From Candidatus Bathyarchaeota archaeon (GTDB taxonomy: Archaea; Thermoproteota; Bathyarchaeia; Bathyarchaeales; Bathycorpusculaceae): a stretch of DNA of 64,000 bases. Below the pieces are notes generated by a model. The model did no database searches and had not been told where the DNA came from. It was given only the letters and a program-made list of their open reading frames with translations. This document shows positions 1 through 9,426 of this stretch, in pieces. The position numbers were made by a program, and so were the translations under genes. Each line of letters starts with the position of its first letter. The stretch's first letter is position 1. The stretch is taken from the NCBI GenBank assembly GCA_963833575.1, contig CAWHXY010000007.1:448001-512000 (forward strand), in the 5' to 3' direction.

Positions 1-98
1 CCTGCTAAGTAAAGTAGGTGCCCTGTAGTGGTTGATTTTCCTGCGTCAACGTGCCCCATAATGATAATGTTTAAGTGGGGTTTGTCTGATTTACTCAT
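1..98 (-). CDS. tuf: Elongation factor 1-alpha, 5' part (runs off the window start)
   Basis: Hand translation from ATG at 98 gives [32 protein letters not shown], the EF-1alpha N-terminus with G1 P-loop GHVDxGKST. GAGG RBS-like motif upstream. Not in the ORF track. Confidence 0.95.
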   Translation of the reverse strand, partial: MSKSDKPHLNIIIMGHVDAGKSTTTGHLLYLA

Positions 99-282
99 TT
101 TTTCATCCTCAATTAATCTTACCTAATTTATGAATTCGTTAACACATCAGTTCTTCCAATTATTTTAAGTTTCCGTGTCATTTACGTTTGGAAATATGAC
201 TGAAAAATCCAAGAGAAAGTGAGAATCAAGCAATATGACTTATAAATTCAAATGCTGTGGCTATTTTTGAGTGCTTGCGTGA

Positions 283-927
283 ATGGCTGAGGGCGTATCG
301 GTGGTAACAACCACTTGGAACGAAGGGGAAAACATCAAAGAACTAATTCTTAGAGTCAGATCAACACTCAAAGATACCCCGCACGAAGTGATTGTTATCG
401 ATGACAGCTCAACTGATGGTACACTAGAAATTGCAAAACAATACGCTGACATCGCCGTCAACAAGGTAAGAGAAGGCCAAACTAAGGGCTTACTATATGG
501 AATGCGGTTTGCTAAGTTTCCAGTCATAGTTACGATTGATTCTGACTTAGAAAATAGCCCTGAACTGATTCCTGAGCTCATTAAAAAACTCGATAAATAC
601 GGTGTAGTGAATGCGTCACGTTCGGTTGTTCCGCGATTTTCCGAGCGGTGGGCAGCCAAAACGCTGGGTAAAATGGTTGGGGTGTCGGATTTTTACTCGA
701 ATTTTAGAGCTTTCAAAAAAGAAGTGACTGCAAAGTTTGATTTGAAGTGGGGAGAAACTTTCGGCGGTGAACTTTTGGTTATTGCTAAAAAGAACGGTTT
801 CAAAATTGGCGAAGTGATCTATGAGGCCCCACCAAGGCGAAGCAAACCTAGAATAGGTGGAAACGTCAAGGCTAATTTGAGGATATCTGTTGCTTCTTCG
901 AAATGTTTTTTGGTTTACCTATTTTGA
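283..927 (+). CDS. Family 2 glycosyltransferase (Dol-P-Man synthase-like)
   Basis: VSVV..TWNE, VIDDSSTDGT and TIDSDL motifs of the GT-A fold. Confidence 0.88.
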   Translation: MAEGVSVVTTTWNEGENIKELILRVRSTLKDTPHEVIVIDDSSTDGTLEIAKQYADIAVNKVREGQTKGLLYGMRFAKFPVIVTIDSDLENSPELIPELIKKLDKYGVVNASRSVVPRFSERWAAKTLGKMVGVSDFYSNFRAFKKEVTAKFDLKWGETFGGELLVIAKKNGFKIGEVIYEAPPRRSKPRIGGNVKANLRISVASSKCFLVYLF

Positions 928-1038
928 AGGCTTCTTTGACGATTATTCAAAATTCCCTTTTACTCATATATTTCGTTATATTCTATTTGAAAAGTTTGCA
1001 AAGAGAATAAGTGTTGAATCTGATCCTGTTTGAATAGT

Positions 1039-1311
1039 TTATGTGGGATCCAGGGATATTTCTATTAGTTGACCTGCTAAATTTTCGTTTTTACCACTGC
1101 ATTCGAACATTGTGGCTTTGGGAATAAATATGCGTCCGTCCTTGCCCATTTTCGCATAGAAAAATTCCCACCCTTTCCCAAACCCAGTTATTCCAACATG
1201 GAGAACTTGATTGGGCTCTAATTTAAACTGCCATCGAATAATCTTTGGAACCTGAACTTTATTGCAGCCTTCTAAAGGCCTCTCAAATGATACTCTACCC
1301 GTTAATGGCAT
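1039..1311 (-). CDS. Small AbrB/MazE/SpoVT-like swapped-hairpin DNA-binding protein (two half-domains)
   Basis: NKVQVPKIIRWQFKL and KDGRIFIPK resemble AbrB-type GRIxIPK motifs. Likely start is ATG 1311 with GGAG upstream (ORF track starts at 1329). Confidence 0.55.
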   Translation of the reverse strand: MPLTGRVSFERPLEGCNKVQVPKIIRWQFKLEPNQVLHVGITGFGKGWEFFYAKMGKDGRIFIPKATMFECSGKNENLAGQLIEISLDPT

Positions 1312-1330
1312 AGCTACTTGCAACTCCACT

Positions 1331-1396
1331 GACTTATTTTAACTATTTACGACTAATTTTAACTTTTGCTGACTTATTTTGACTTATTTTGACTCA
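1331..1396. repeat. Degenerate 10-bp tandem repeat (consensus GACTTATTTT, about 6.5 units)
   Basis: gacttatttt aactatttac gactaatttt aacttttgct gacttatttt gacttatttt gactca, read directly. Confidence 0.85.
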
Positions 1397-1526
1397 ACCT
1401 GCAAACAAACCAAACCCCAAATCAAAAAAGCATCTCAAAACAATCTGAACAAAAGTTGCACCAAAATCACCAAAAACTCAATGCCTATCTGCGAAAGACT
1501 TAAAGTGTGTTCTGTGACTTTAGCTT

Positions 1527-1847
1527 TGGCGGTGGATCTTAGGCGGTGGGGTAGGGGTCCATTGTACCGTAAACCCTCTATACGACGGGCTGACATCTGC
1601 GGATGAGGCGCCGAAGGCCGTTTGGATCTTCATTTCCGAAACATTGACTATCCGTCCTTTGGGGCTGGCGGTCAATGAGCTGCTTCCGTAGGGGAGTTGC
1701 GTCATTGTCTACCAGGCGAACCTGGCTAGGCTCGGGAGAGAGCAACCTAAGTTTGGACGTTATGCGCTCAAGGGGATGCGGGTAAGAGCGTAGGGTTTGG
1801 ATGGTCCAGGCGGAGTCTGGGTGTCAAACTGCAGTGGTCCACCGCTA
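1527..1847 (+). ncRNA. ffs: Archaeal signal recognition particle (7S) RNA
   Basis: About 320-nt GC-rich island. Terminal pairing TGGCGGTGGA/TCCACCGCTA, helix 6 with GTAG tetraloop (CTTCC GTAG GGGAG), helix 8 motif TAGGCTC GGGA GAGAGCAACCTAAG with GNRA loop and AGCA internal loop. Confidence 0.92.
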
Positions 1848-1863
1848 CTAATTTTGCCGCTAG

Positions 1864-2460
1864 TCACCTTTTTTCATCAAAACTTTTCTTATAAAGAGCC
1901 TTATCGATCACTCGTACATCTAAGTTTTGTTTAGCAGCAGTTTTCCTTATTGCCTCAAGTAGTTTAAGGTAATTCTGGGTTGACAACACATTGGCCGGTG
2001 GATTACCAAGCAACGCCTTCCACACTGCCACATCTAAAATACAATATTGTTTCGGATCAAAAAACGCCAAGATCACGCTGGCCAAAACTGGGTTGATGCC
2101 TTCCAGCAAAGTGAGGCAATTCATTCGGTAAGCATCTTCACAGGACGGAATACTCAAAGCTTGACAGGATAAACGATTAATAGTTGCCTCATCATTACGC
2201 ATCACTAAAGGTATAACCCGCGTTTTCTTCTCATCCTCTTCGTTATATCTCCACTCTACAACATGTACCAAATCAGCCTGCGTCAACGCTTTGGCCTTAC
2301 GGAATTTAGCACCCAACTCCCGTTCCCTCTGCGACTGCCAACCAAAAGCCTTGTCATACTTGCGGCTCCACATCAAGAAAGCAGCTTTATCCACACAAAT
2401 CACCCTATACTGCTTAATTGAGAAATAGCTTACATTTTTGCCTTTGCCTAAAACAAACAA
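1864..2460 (-). CDS. Hypothetical protein with a helix-hairpin-helix-like motif
   Basis: LTLLEGINPVLASVILAFFDP resembles an HhH motif. True start is probably downstream of 2460. Confidence 0.55.
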   Translation of the reverse strand: MFVLGKGKNVSYFSIKQYRVICVDKAAFLMWSRKYDKAFGWQSQRERELGAKFRKAKALTQADLVHVVEWRYNEEDEKKTRVIPLVMRNDEATINRLSCQALSIPSCEDAYRMNCLTLLEGINPVLASVILAFFDPKQYCILDVAVWKALLGNPPANVLSTQNYLKLLEAIRKTAAKQNLDVRVIDKALYKKSFDEKR

Positions 2461-2484
2461 AATAAAATTAAGAAAAAGTTGAAT

Positions 2485-2610
2485 TTAGTTTTGATCTACC
2501 AGATGTGCTGTTCCGTCTGGACAGTATACTTTTTCATCTTTATTTACACGCCTGTAACGTTCACTGCATATATGTAAAAGCGTGCAACCGTCGCAATCTC
2601 TACTCAGCAT
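2485..2610 (-). CDS. 41-aa Cys/His-rich microprotein (putative zinc-binding)
   Basis: Hand translation MLSRDCDGCTLLHICSERYRRVNKDEKVYCPDGTAHLVDQN*, with a strong AGGAGG RBS upstream. Below the ORF-track cutoff. Confidence 0.7.
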   Translation of the reverse strand: MLSRDCDGCTLLHICSERYRRVNKDEKVYCPDGTAHLVDQN

Positions 2611-2808
2611 ATTTTTTTTTTCGCCTCCTATTAGAGCATTGACCATCGGCGAATTTAACTTATAAAATTATGTAACATGTGTGTATATACACAAGCAAGC
2701 TTATTAGCAGCCTTTCTGGTGTGCAGCGCATGTTTCGTAGGCTATGCAAACTTCCGAGCGGGGAATAGCTGTTTTGGTTTGGCAATCCAAGACAATGTAC
2801 TGCCCTTT

Positions 2809-3318
2809 CTAAGTTTTGTCTTGCACACGGACTATCGGTTTGCCCATTACCTCGCGGATTTTATCAGCCGTTGCGAACGGGGCATGAACAAGAATTAGTT
2901 TGGTTTCGCGTTCACCTTGAGAGTTAACCGTTATTTCCCCGTAACCGAAGATTCTACCTCCAATAGATTGGTAAACCAACAAATCGCCAAACGCAGAATC
3001 TGAAACAACAAACGAATGCAGCCTGAGAATTCCATTTCTAATTTCTAAACCATCCTGCCGCAATATATAGGTGCGAGATGCCCTGAAAATCAGTAAATCC
3101 AACAAACTGAATAGCCAAACTATGATAAAAATCAGAATCGTCCATGCAAAGATCTGCAAAAACGCTAAATGTGAAAAGGCAACCTTTGCGTAAATTTCAA
3201 GCCACACAAAAATCGCCAAAACTACAAAAACAGTAATTGATCTAATAACGACTGCTGGTACAATCCAGGGCTTTCCTAACCAAACAACCTCGCCATGAAC
3301 GCCATGTTTATCAGACAA
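2809..3318 (-). CDS. Membrane protein with bacterial PH (bPH_2/YdbS-like) domain
   Basis: Two TM helices, then YIL..DGLEIRNGIL and QSIGGRIFGYGEITV. Confidence 0.8.
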   Translation of the reverse strand: MSDKHGVHGEVVWLGKPWIVPAVVIRSITVFVVLAIFVWLEIYAKVAFSHLAFLQIFAWTILIFIIVWLFSLLDLLIFRASRTYILRQDGLEIRNGILRLHSFVVSDSAFGDLLVYQSIGGRIFGYGEITVNSQGERETKLILVHAPFATADKIREVMGKPIVRVQDKT

Positions 3319-3442
3319 CTAAAACACAACCATTAGGCAATAGGCAAAAAAACTATTTAAGCATTCAAGCTTGAAATCACTCTTCAGTTAATAGGTGCAA
3401 AGGTTTCGTATGTTTATGAAAAGTGAAAAAAGGCAGACCATT

Positions 3443-3757
3443 TTACATGATAGGCCTTCGCCACAATACGCGTTCTATTGACCTTAACATTTGGTAGCCA
3501 AACAGTATTGCCACAAAATAGGTCGGCCACAAAATTATTGGCCAGTTGCCAGGGGTATAATTCCAAAGACCCATCGATACTGCGAAAAACTCCATAAGTG
3601 ATAAAGAAATCATTCCGCCAAAAGCCAAAAGCATTTGCTCTTTAACTTCGTGTTTAGCTTGCCACTTGCGGCGGAAAACCAGCAAAACTCCCCAACCTAG
3701 CAAAAATGCGAAGAAAAGCACATACCAGCTTGAGTTAAAATCAAGTAGGATATTCAT
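3443..3757 (-). CDS. Small 3-TM membrane protein
   Basis: Three hydrophobic segments, EFFAV.MGLWNY motif. Confidence 0.7.
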   Translation of the reverse strand: MNILLDFNSSWYVLFFAFLLGWGVLLVFRRKWQAKHEVKEQMLLAFGGMISLSLMEFFAVSMGLWNYTPGNWPIILWPTYFVAILFGYQMLRSIERVLWRRPIM

Positions 3758-3796
3758 GTCCAGCCAAAACCAACATAGAGTATAAAAATGATTTGA

Positions 3797-4453
3797 TTAG
3801 TCTGCTGATTTTTTCTGGTGCTTCTTGTGGGTTCGATGTGCAGGCCAACATTTTCGGCAATATACCGGTCGATCTGCGTGGGGTTGAAAGGGCACCTCAC
3901 ATTCGCAGCCACAATCACTACATACAGCAGTATACTTGGGGTCTTCATGGAATTGTTCAAATAAATGGTAATTCTTCAGGCGTGGCCATCCGGTTTTTGC
4001 GTAACGGAGCATTTCAGGTTTGTCTTTTAGCCAACGCATCATATGGAAGAAGCTTTTGCCTCTTTTTTCTTCACGTTCAGCTAAGGGTTCATAACCTAAA
4101 TTGCGGATCTCGTCAAGATAAGCGATTTCTACTAGCCTTTGTGCTTCGCCGATTACTCTTACGCGTTTAACTCGGTCTTCGCCGTAGACTTTCACAAGTT
4201 CTGTTGCTGCCACGTCAAAGATGCAGCCTTGGCAAATGTGGATTGCTTCGTCTGGTTTAGGGTTAAAACAAGCAACAAGCTTAGAGACGATGCGTGAAGA
4301 CTCTTGCAGGTACTCTTTTTCTCGAAAATTCTCTTGATAAAACTTTACATCGATCATGTCGTATTTGAATTCGCCTGTTTCTTCTCGATAAGCGCCCACT
4401 ACAACGCCGTAAAGCAAGTCGCCACTACCTGCGTCATCAACTATAACTGTCAA
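3797..4453 (-). CDS. RNase HII-like N-terminal domain fused to a C-terminal CxxC-x17-CxxC domain
   Basis: VIVDDAGSGDLLYGVVVG resembles the RNase HII GIDEAGRG motif. C-terminal CSDCG..CEVPFQP..DRPVYCRKC. Confidence 0.7.
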   Translation of the reverse strand: MTVIVDDAGSGDLLYGVVVGAYREETGEFKYDMIDVKFYQENFREKEYLQESSRIVSKLVACFNPKPDEAIHICQGCIFDVAATELVKVYGEDRVKRVRVIGEAQRLVEIAYLDEIRNLGYEPLAEREEKRGKSFFHMMRWLKDKPEMLRYAKTGWPRLKNYHLFEQFHEDPKYTAVCSDCGCECEVPFQPHADRPVYCRKCWPAHRTHKKHQKKSAD

Positions 4454-4555
4454 CTAATACGGTTCCTTCTCTCTTTAATCTCCAATGGAGTGTTTAAGTC
4501 GGCTATAAAAATAGTCCTCCCATATAGGAAGACAACTCAAGGATTCTGCTGTAGT

Positions 4556-5224
4556 TTATGGTGCAGTTGCTATTTGCTGCTTGATAGTTTCAGCGGGAAT
4601 TTGTCGTTGGCTAAGAACTCCTTTCTTTCCAAGACGTAGCTGTCTCTCGCCTCTAAAAACGCATACGTGGGCATTTCTGATTTCAATGTTTTCTCCAACT
4701 GTAACAGAGTTAATCTGTCCTTCCCAAAGGCAAAGTTTGATTTTTCCAGTATCATCCTGGACCAAGGCATTAACAACCATAACTGTGTTGCCAAACTGCG
4801 TGTGAACTTGCACAGGCTGTGGAATCTCAAGAACCTCCGCCTTAACATTAACACGTTTCATACCAGCTCTCAAATCATTAACCGCTGTAAAAACAGACTC
4901 CGTATTTTGTTTGGCAATTTTCTTTGTTATTTTATCCGTGCTCATCCAACTTTCAAAAGGATTATCTTTTCTCAACAAAAACTGCTCATCAACCCTAAAC
5001 TGAGCAACTGCACGATCCTCTTTTTTAATCAGAAAAATTATCTCATCCTTAACCTTACCCCGATACTCAACAACAAGGTTACCGCAAACGGCTTTCTCAT
5101 TATTCTTTGCTTTAATTAGCGCCTGGAAAACTTCAGAGGGATAAATATTATGTTTAACTGAAAGAAGAGCTATGTGCTCCCCTAAGGTTGATTTTTTCTG
5201 TCTCAAATTCCCTCTCCTTGCCAT
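4556..5224 (-). CDS. OB-fold single-stranded DNA-binding protein (RPA/SSB-like) with N-terminal extension
   Basis: DLRAGMKRVNVKAEV...DDTGKIKLCLWE...GENIEIRNA...QLRLGKKG, typical archaeal SSB OB fold. Confidence 0.85.
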   Translation of the reverse strand: MARRGNLRQKKSTLGEHIALLSVKHNIYPSEVFQALIKAKNNEKAVCGNLVVEYRGKVKDEIIFLIKKEDRAVAQFRVDEQFLLRKDNPFESWMSTDKITKKIAKQNTESVFTAVNDLRAGMKRVNVKAEVLEIPQPVQVHTQFGNTVMVVNALVQDDTGKIKLCLWEGQINSVTVGENIEIRNAHVCVFRGERQLRLGKKGVLSQRQIPAETIKQQIATAP

Positions 5225-5562
5225 AAGTAATTTCGAGAAAAAGCGAGTTTAAAGTTATTTCTACTTTCTCTCAATATCGAATGCCTACAATATGTCAATG
5301 GTACCTATATTAGTCTGACTATAGAAAAAGATGTTTCCAAACTATTTTATCGGAAAATAGAACATGCTTATTTTAAAAACCTCTTGTACCGTTTTTCTCC
5401 TTTATTGACTTAGATAAGGCGTTATTTTGAATAGAAAGGATGGTTTGACGTGCAAACATGAAAATGTGAGCATTCAATTTATAAGGATGGAGGACCAGAT
5501 AAAAGGGTAATGTGTAAAACAGCTTTTTGCACATCAAATATAGTAGGAGTTGAAAATAGCGA

Positions 5563-5703
5563 ATGTATAACAACCGAGAAATGCACAAGGCAACCTGTGC
5601 TGACTGCGGAAAAGAATGCGATGTTCCTTTCAAGCCAGACGGTACAAGGCCAGTTTATTGCCGAGAATGCTACTCAAAACGTAGACCACCAAGAAGATAT
5701 TAA
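5563..5703 (+). CDS. Stand-alone CxxC-x17-CxxC domain protein (46 aa)
   Basis: Hand translation MYNNREMHKATCADCGKECDVPFKPDGTRPVYCRECYSKRRPPRRY*, AGGAG upstream. Missed by the ORF track. Confidence 0.9.
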   Translation: MYNNREMHKATCADCGKECDVPFKPDGTRPVYCRECYSKRRPPRRY

Positions 5704-5816
5704 GCTAATCAGCTAAACATCTTTAACAAATCTCATTTATTTTCTTTTTATTTTTTAATACTTCATAGCAAAAACGGTTCAGCAAAGTCTTCGCGAGTGC
5801 GCTAAAAAGTAAAGCC

Positions 5817-6131
5817 TTATTCCTTGCAATACTTTGCTACTTCTTCTATGTAGTCTTTAATGTCTCGAAGCGTTGAAGGCGCATACAACTGCAAGCGAAT
5901 CTTGGCTTTTTTTCTGCCTTTAAAATATGCAATCAGAACTTCGTCTTTTATTTCGGCTTTTTCAAAATCGCCTAAGAAATACATTTCTGGATTCTGCCTC
6001 TCCAATATGTCAAAGCGGGCGTTATGCTTTTCATGTTGAATGATGAGGCGATGAGTAGTTACCCAACCTACGCCATTTGCAAGTTTGCAAGATAAGAGCT
6101 CTTTTTCATTTGGTAAACCATCAAATTTCAT
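5817..6131 (-). CDS. Hypothetical protein (possibly PH-like fold)
   Basis: Overlaps the end of the upstream ORF (coupled). WVTTHRLII segment. Confidence 0.6.
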   Translation of the reverse strand: MKFDGLPNEKELLSCKLANGVGWVTTHRLIIQHEKHNARFDILERQNPEMYFLGDFEKAEIKDEVLIAYFKGRKKAKIRLQLYAPSTLRDIKDYIEEVAKYCKE

Positions 6132-6690
6132 TCGTCTTCACATGGTTAGATTTTTCTTTTAGTTTTTCTTTCCTGAGTTTGGCTATTGCCTGGTTGTGAG
6201 CTTTTCTTCTAGCTTTGACCTCTGGCCTCATATCATAGGCTTTGTTATAGGCTTTTTTCCACGCTTTCCTTTCTGGTTTTTGTTCTCTTATCTTAGATCG
6301 GGCTCTTCTTCTAGCTTTGACTTCAGGTTTTTGGTTGATTGCCTGATCGCGAGCTTTTCTTTTTGCTTTAACTTCTGGCCTCATATTGTAGGCTTTGCTG
6401 TAGGCTCGTATTGCAGCTTTTCGGTCTGGTTTTTCATTTCGTAGTTTATAACTTCGGTTTTCGGCTTCTTTTAATTTTTTGTAACTTGATTTTGGATTTG
6501 AGTTAATGTATTGATTTTTCGGCATTAATCCAAGTTTATATCGTGTTTTTTTGATGAAGACGATTGATACTTTTAGTTTTTCTGCCATTTGTCGGTCGTT
6601 AAGATCCTGGTTATATAGTTCTAAGAATTGTTGGTCTGTAAATTTTCGTTTTTGTCGCATTTTCTTTATATCCATCGCTGGAATCAACAA
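6121..6690 (-). CDS. Highly basic protein with N-terminal HTH and 17-aa tandem repeats
   Basis: FLELYNQDLNDRQMAEKLKVS HTH-like segment, then five units with a [KR]P[ED] core. Confidence 0.7.
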   Translation of the reverse strand: MLIPAMDIKKMRQKRKFTDQQFLELYNQDLNDRQMAEKLKVSIVFIKKTRYKLGLMPKNQYINSNPKSSYKKLKEAENRSYKLRNEKPDRKAAIRAYSKAYNMRPEVKAKRKARDQAINQKPEVKARRRARSKIREQKPERKAWKKAYNKAYDMRPEVKARRKAHNQAIAKLRKEKLKEKSNHVKTNEI

Positions 6691-6982
6691 TACTTAGATA
6701 GTTATTGTTTGTTCGAGGGGTATAGATTATTCCGTTAGTAGCTGTTCCCAATTAGATTGCTAGTAGATATTATTGGTGCTAATTATGAGTAGAGGTTCAT
6801 TCGCGGATTTTAGTTCTGGTTTTTTGTCGATTTTTCTAATTGGGGTTTAGTGAGACCACTTTGAACTTCTGTTTTGTTTAGTTCGGCAGGGGACGAGTTT
6901 TGTTAGTAATGCATGATTGTTTGTTGCTGTCGATTTGGCTTGTCTTTTTTTAATATCAAAGATATAGTTTATTATTTCACCT

Positions 6983-8119
6983 TTGACATTTTGGGTAGGT
7001 TGGTTGAGAATCGTGTACATACCTATCAATCTTCCACAAATTGGCGATGAGGAAATTGCTGCTGTAGTTCGAGTTATGAAAAGCGGCATACTTACTAGCG
7101 GTTTGGGGGCGGGACCTCAAGTTGTTGAGTTCGAGAGGAATTTTGCTGAATTCGCCGGCGTTAAACATGCAATAGCTGTCAACACGGGCACGGCTGCGTT
7201 GCATGCAGCAATCATGGCTTCCAAGGTTAAATTTGGCGATGAAGTAATATTGCCCAGTTTTACTTTTGTCGCAACTGCAGAGGCCGTAGTGTTAGCTGGT
7301 GGCAAACCAGTGTTTGTTGATATTGATCCTGAAACCTTTACACTATCTTCACAAGCAGTTGAAAAAGCCATAACAGAAAAAACGAAGGCTATAGTTCCTG
7401 TGGACCTTTATGGGTTGCCCGCTGATATCAAACCAATCAGAGCGATTGCCGCCAAGCATAGTATATCCATAGTTGAGGATTGTGCCCAGTCGCACGGCGC
7501 AACCTACGAAGACAAGCCAGCAGGCGCGCTAGCGGATCTTGCTTGTTGGAGCCTTTATGCCGCTAAAAACATCGGTACAGGAGAGGGCGGAGTAGTTACA
7601 ACAGACAATGATGAAACGGCTGAAACAGTGCGTATGATTAGAACCCATGGAGAAAAAGTCAAGTACTCATCAACAATCTTAGGCACTAACTACCGTATGA
7701 CAGAGATACAAGCAGCCATCGGTATAGTTCAACTAAAAAAGCTACCAAATTTTCTAGATAAAAGAACAAGAAACGCAAACAACCTAACAACCTTCTTAGA
7801 GAAAAACGAGAAAATATTATTGCCGCCCAAAGTTGAAAATCGAAATCCAAGCTGGTACCTTTACACCATCCGAATAAAAAACGCCACGGAAGAAAAACGA
7901 AATAGCATAATTAAGCAAATGCATGAAAAAGGCATAGGCGCCGAAGCCTACTACCCCACGCCAGTTCACCATATGCAATATTATGAACAAAACTTTGGAA
8001 GATTCAATTTGCCTGAAACTGACAAAGCGGCTAAACAAGTACTATCATTGCCCATTCACCCAAGCGTTACTAATGAGCAGGTGGAGTTCATCGCTAAGAC
8101 ATTTCTAAATCTGTTGTGA
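6983..8119 (+). CDS. DegT/DnrJ/EryC1/StrS family PLP aminotransferase
   Basis: NTGTAALH, IVEDCAQSHGA, SLYAAKNIGTGEGG, GTNYRMTEIQAAIG. True start probably GTG near 7013. Confidence 0.95.
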   Translation: MTFWVGWLRIVYIPINLPQIGDEEIAAVVRVMKSGILTSGLGAGPQVVEFERNFAEFAGVKHAIAVNTGTAALHAAIMASKVKFGDEVILPSFTFVATAEAVVLAGGKPVFVDIDPETFTLSSQAVEKAITEKTKAIVPVDLYGLPADIKPIRAIAAKHSISIVEDCAQSHGATYEDKPAGALADLACWSLYAAKNIGTGEGGVVTTDNDETAETVRMIRTHGEKVKYSSTILGTNYRMTEIQAAIGIVQLKKLPNFLDKRTRNANNLTTFLEKNEKILLPPKVENRNPSWYLYTIRIKNATEEKRNSIIKQMHEKGIGAEAYYPTPVHHMQYYEQNFGRFNLPETDKAAKQVLSLPIHPSVTNEQVEFIAKTFLNLL

Positions 8120-8152
8120 AAGCAATAATCTAATTGCCGCAAATATCAGACT

Positions 8153-8968
8153 TTGTGCAATGTCTCAAATAAAATTGTCGTTGAACACATTGGTATATAT
8201 CGGTTTTTGCAATATCGTCTTAAATATGATCTCTTCATAAACAAATTATTGACAAGGACCGTGTTATCATTGGAGAAAGGAGAAAAACAAGTCCAGCATT
8301 CAACTCAAGTAGTCATAGCTGCCTTAAACGAAGAAGAAGGAATTGGCCTCACAATCGCTGAGCTAAAGCATTATCTTGGCAATCCACACGTCCTGGTGGT
8401 TGATGGGAGAAGTACCGACAGAACTGCTGAAGAAGCTAAGAACACGGGGGCTAAAGTTGTCTGTCAAGATGGTTTAGGAAAAGGGGACGCCTTGAAAAAA
8501 GCCCTCAAGTATTTGGATCCAACAGTCGAGTATATTGTCATCACAGATGCTGATTACACTTACCCAGCCGAGTACTTACCTGAAATGATTCAAATTCTCC
8601 AAGAAAACCATGATGTCGGTATGGTGTGTGGCAACCGATTCAATCATCACCTAGCGGTAGAGGCATTGCCTGATGTTTTCTATTTTGGTAATCGATTAAT
8701 TGCTTTTGCTCATAATATGCTAAATGGAGTGCCTTTGAGAGATCCGTTGACAGGTTTGCGCGTGGTCAGAACAGAGATTCTGAGAGATTGGCAGGTTAAG
8801 TCAAAAGGCTTTGACATTGAAGTAGAACTAAATCATCTTGTTGAGCGAAAAGGTTTCACCATCAAAGAAGTCGACATAGCGTATCGGCCAAGATTAGGCG
8901 AAAAGAAACTTGGAATCAGACATAGCACAGAAATTTTCAAACGCATATTACTCGAGACAATATATTAG
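8153..8968 (+). CDS. Family 2 glycosyltransferase (paralog of 41121-41789)
   Basis: VVIAALNEEEGI, VVDGRSTDRT, TDADYTYP. True start probably near 8270. Confidence 0.92.
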   Translation: MCNVSNKIVVEHIGIYRFLQYRLKYDLFINKLLTRTVLSLEKGEKQVQHSTQVVIAALNEEEGIGLTIAELKHYLGNPHVLVVDGRSTDRTAEEAKNTGAKVVCQDGLGKGDALKKALKYLDPTVEYIVITDADYTYPAEYLPEMIQILQENHDVGMVCGNRFNHHLAVEALPDVFYFGNRLIAFAHNMLNGVPLRDPLTGLRVVRTEILRDWQVKSKGFDIEVELNHLVERKGFTIKEVDIAYRPRLGEKKLGIRHSTEIFKRILLETIY

Positions 8969-8986
8969 ACATTATTTAGCGCGCGC

Positions 8987-9389
8987 ATGAAAGACTGGAT
9001 GGGCTACGTTTACCAACAACAAGCTGAACCAACCAACTTTACCGGTGTTCCAGTTCAAATCGCTGTTTTGGACTCTAATGGCAACCATTATCCTATTGAC
9101 ACTGCAACAACAGATGAAAGCGGCACCTACAGCCTCACTTGGGCGCCAACTATCACAGGGCAACTACACAGTTTACGCATCTTTCGACGGCACAAACGGT
9201 TACTGGCAATCAACGGCAGAAACACATCTGTTTGCGAGTGCTCCAGCCTCAACCGCAGCACCAACTAGTACGCCTCAATCAAACCTAGCAACAATGACAG
9301 ACCTGACAACTTCCATGATCGTTGTCGCAGTCGCAATAATCATCGCAATCGCTGTAGCCACAATACTAATCCTTAGAAAACGAGCGTAA
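8987..9389 (+). pseudogene. Frameshifted 3' fragment of a PQQ-like beta-propeller surface protein gene
   Basis: DWMGYVYQQQAEPTNF.GVPV nearly identical to the C-terminal region of 33271-36267. Reading frame shifts near 9157-9160 (ACAGGGCAAC) and continues GNYTVYASFDGTNGYW...TM-RKRA. No N-terminal part. Confidence 0.9.
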
Positions 9390-9411
9390 GACTACACAAC
9401 CAAAAAATCCA

Positions 9412-9426
9412 TTTCCCTTTTTTTAG
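9412..9426 (+). terminator. Oligo-T terminator-like tract shared by the beta-propeller gene family
   Basis: ACAACCAAAAAATCCATTTCCCTTTTTTTAG after the stop codon, near-identical to the tract after 23681-26266. Confidence 0.6.

Noticed and set aside
1379-1705. Short ORFs 1379-1606 and 1520-1705
   Set aside because: They overlap the SRP RNA gene and have no protein-like features.
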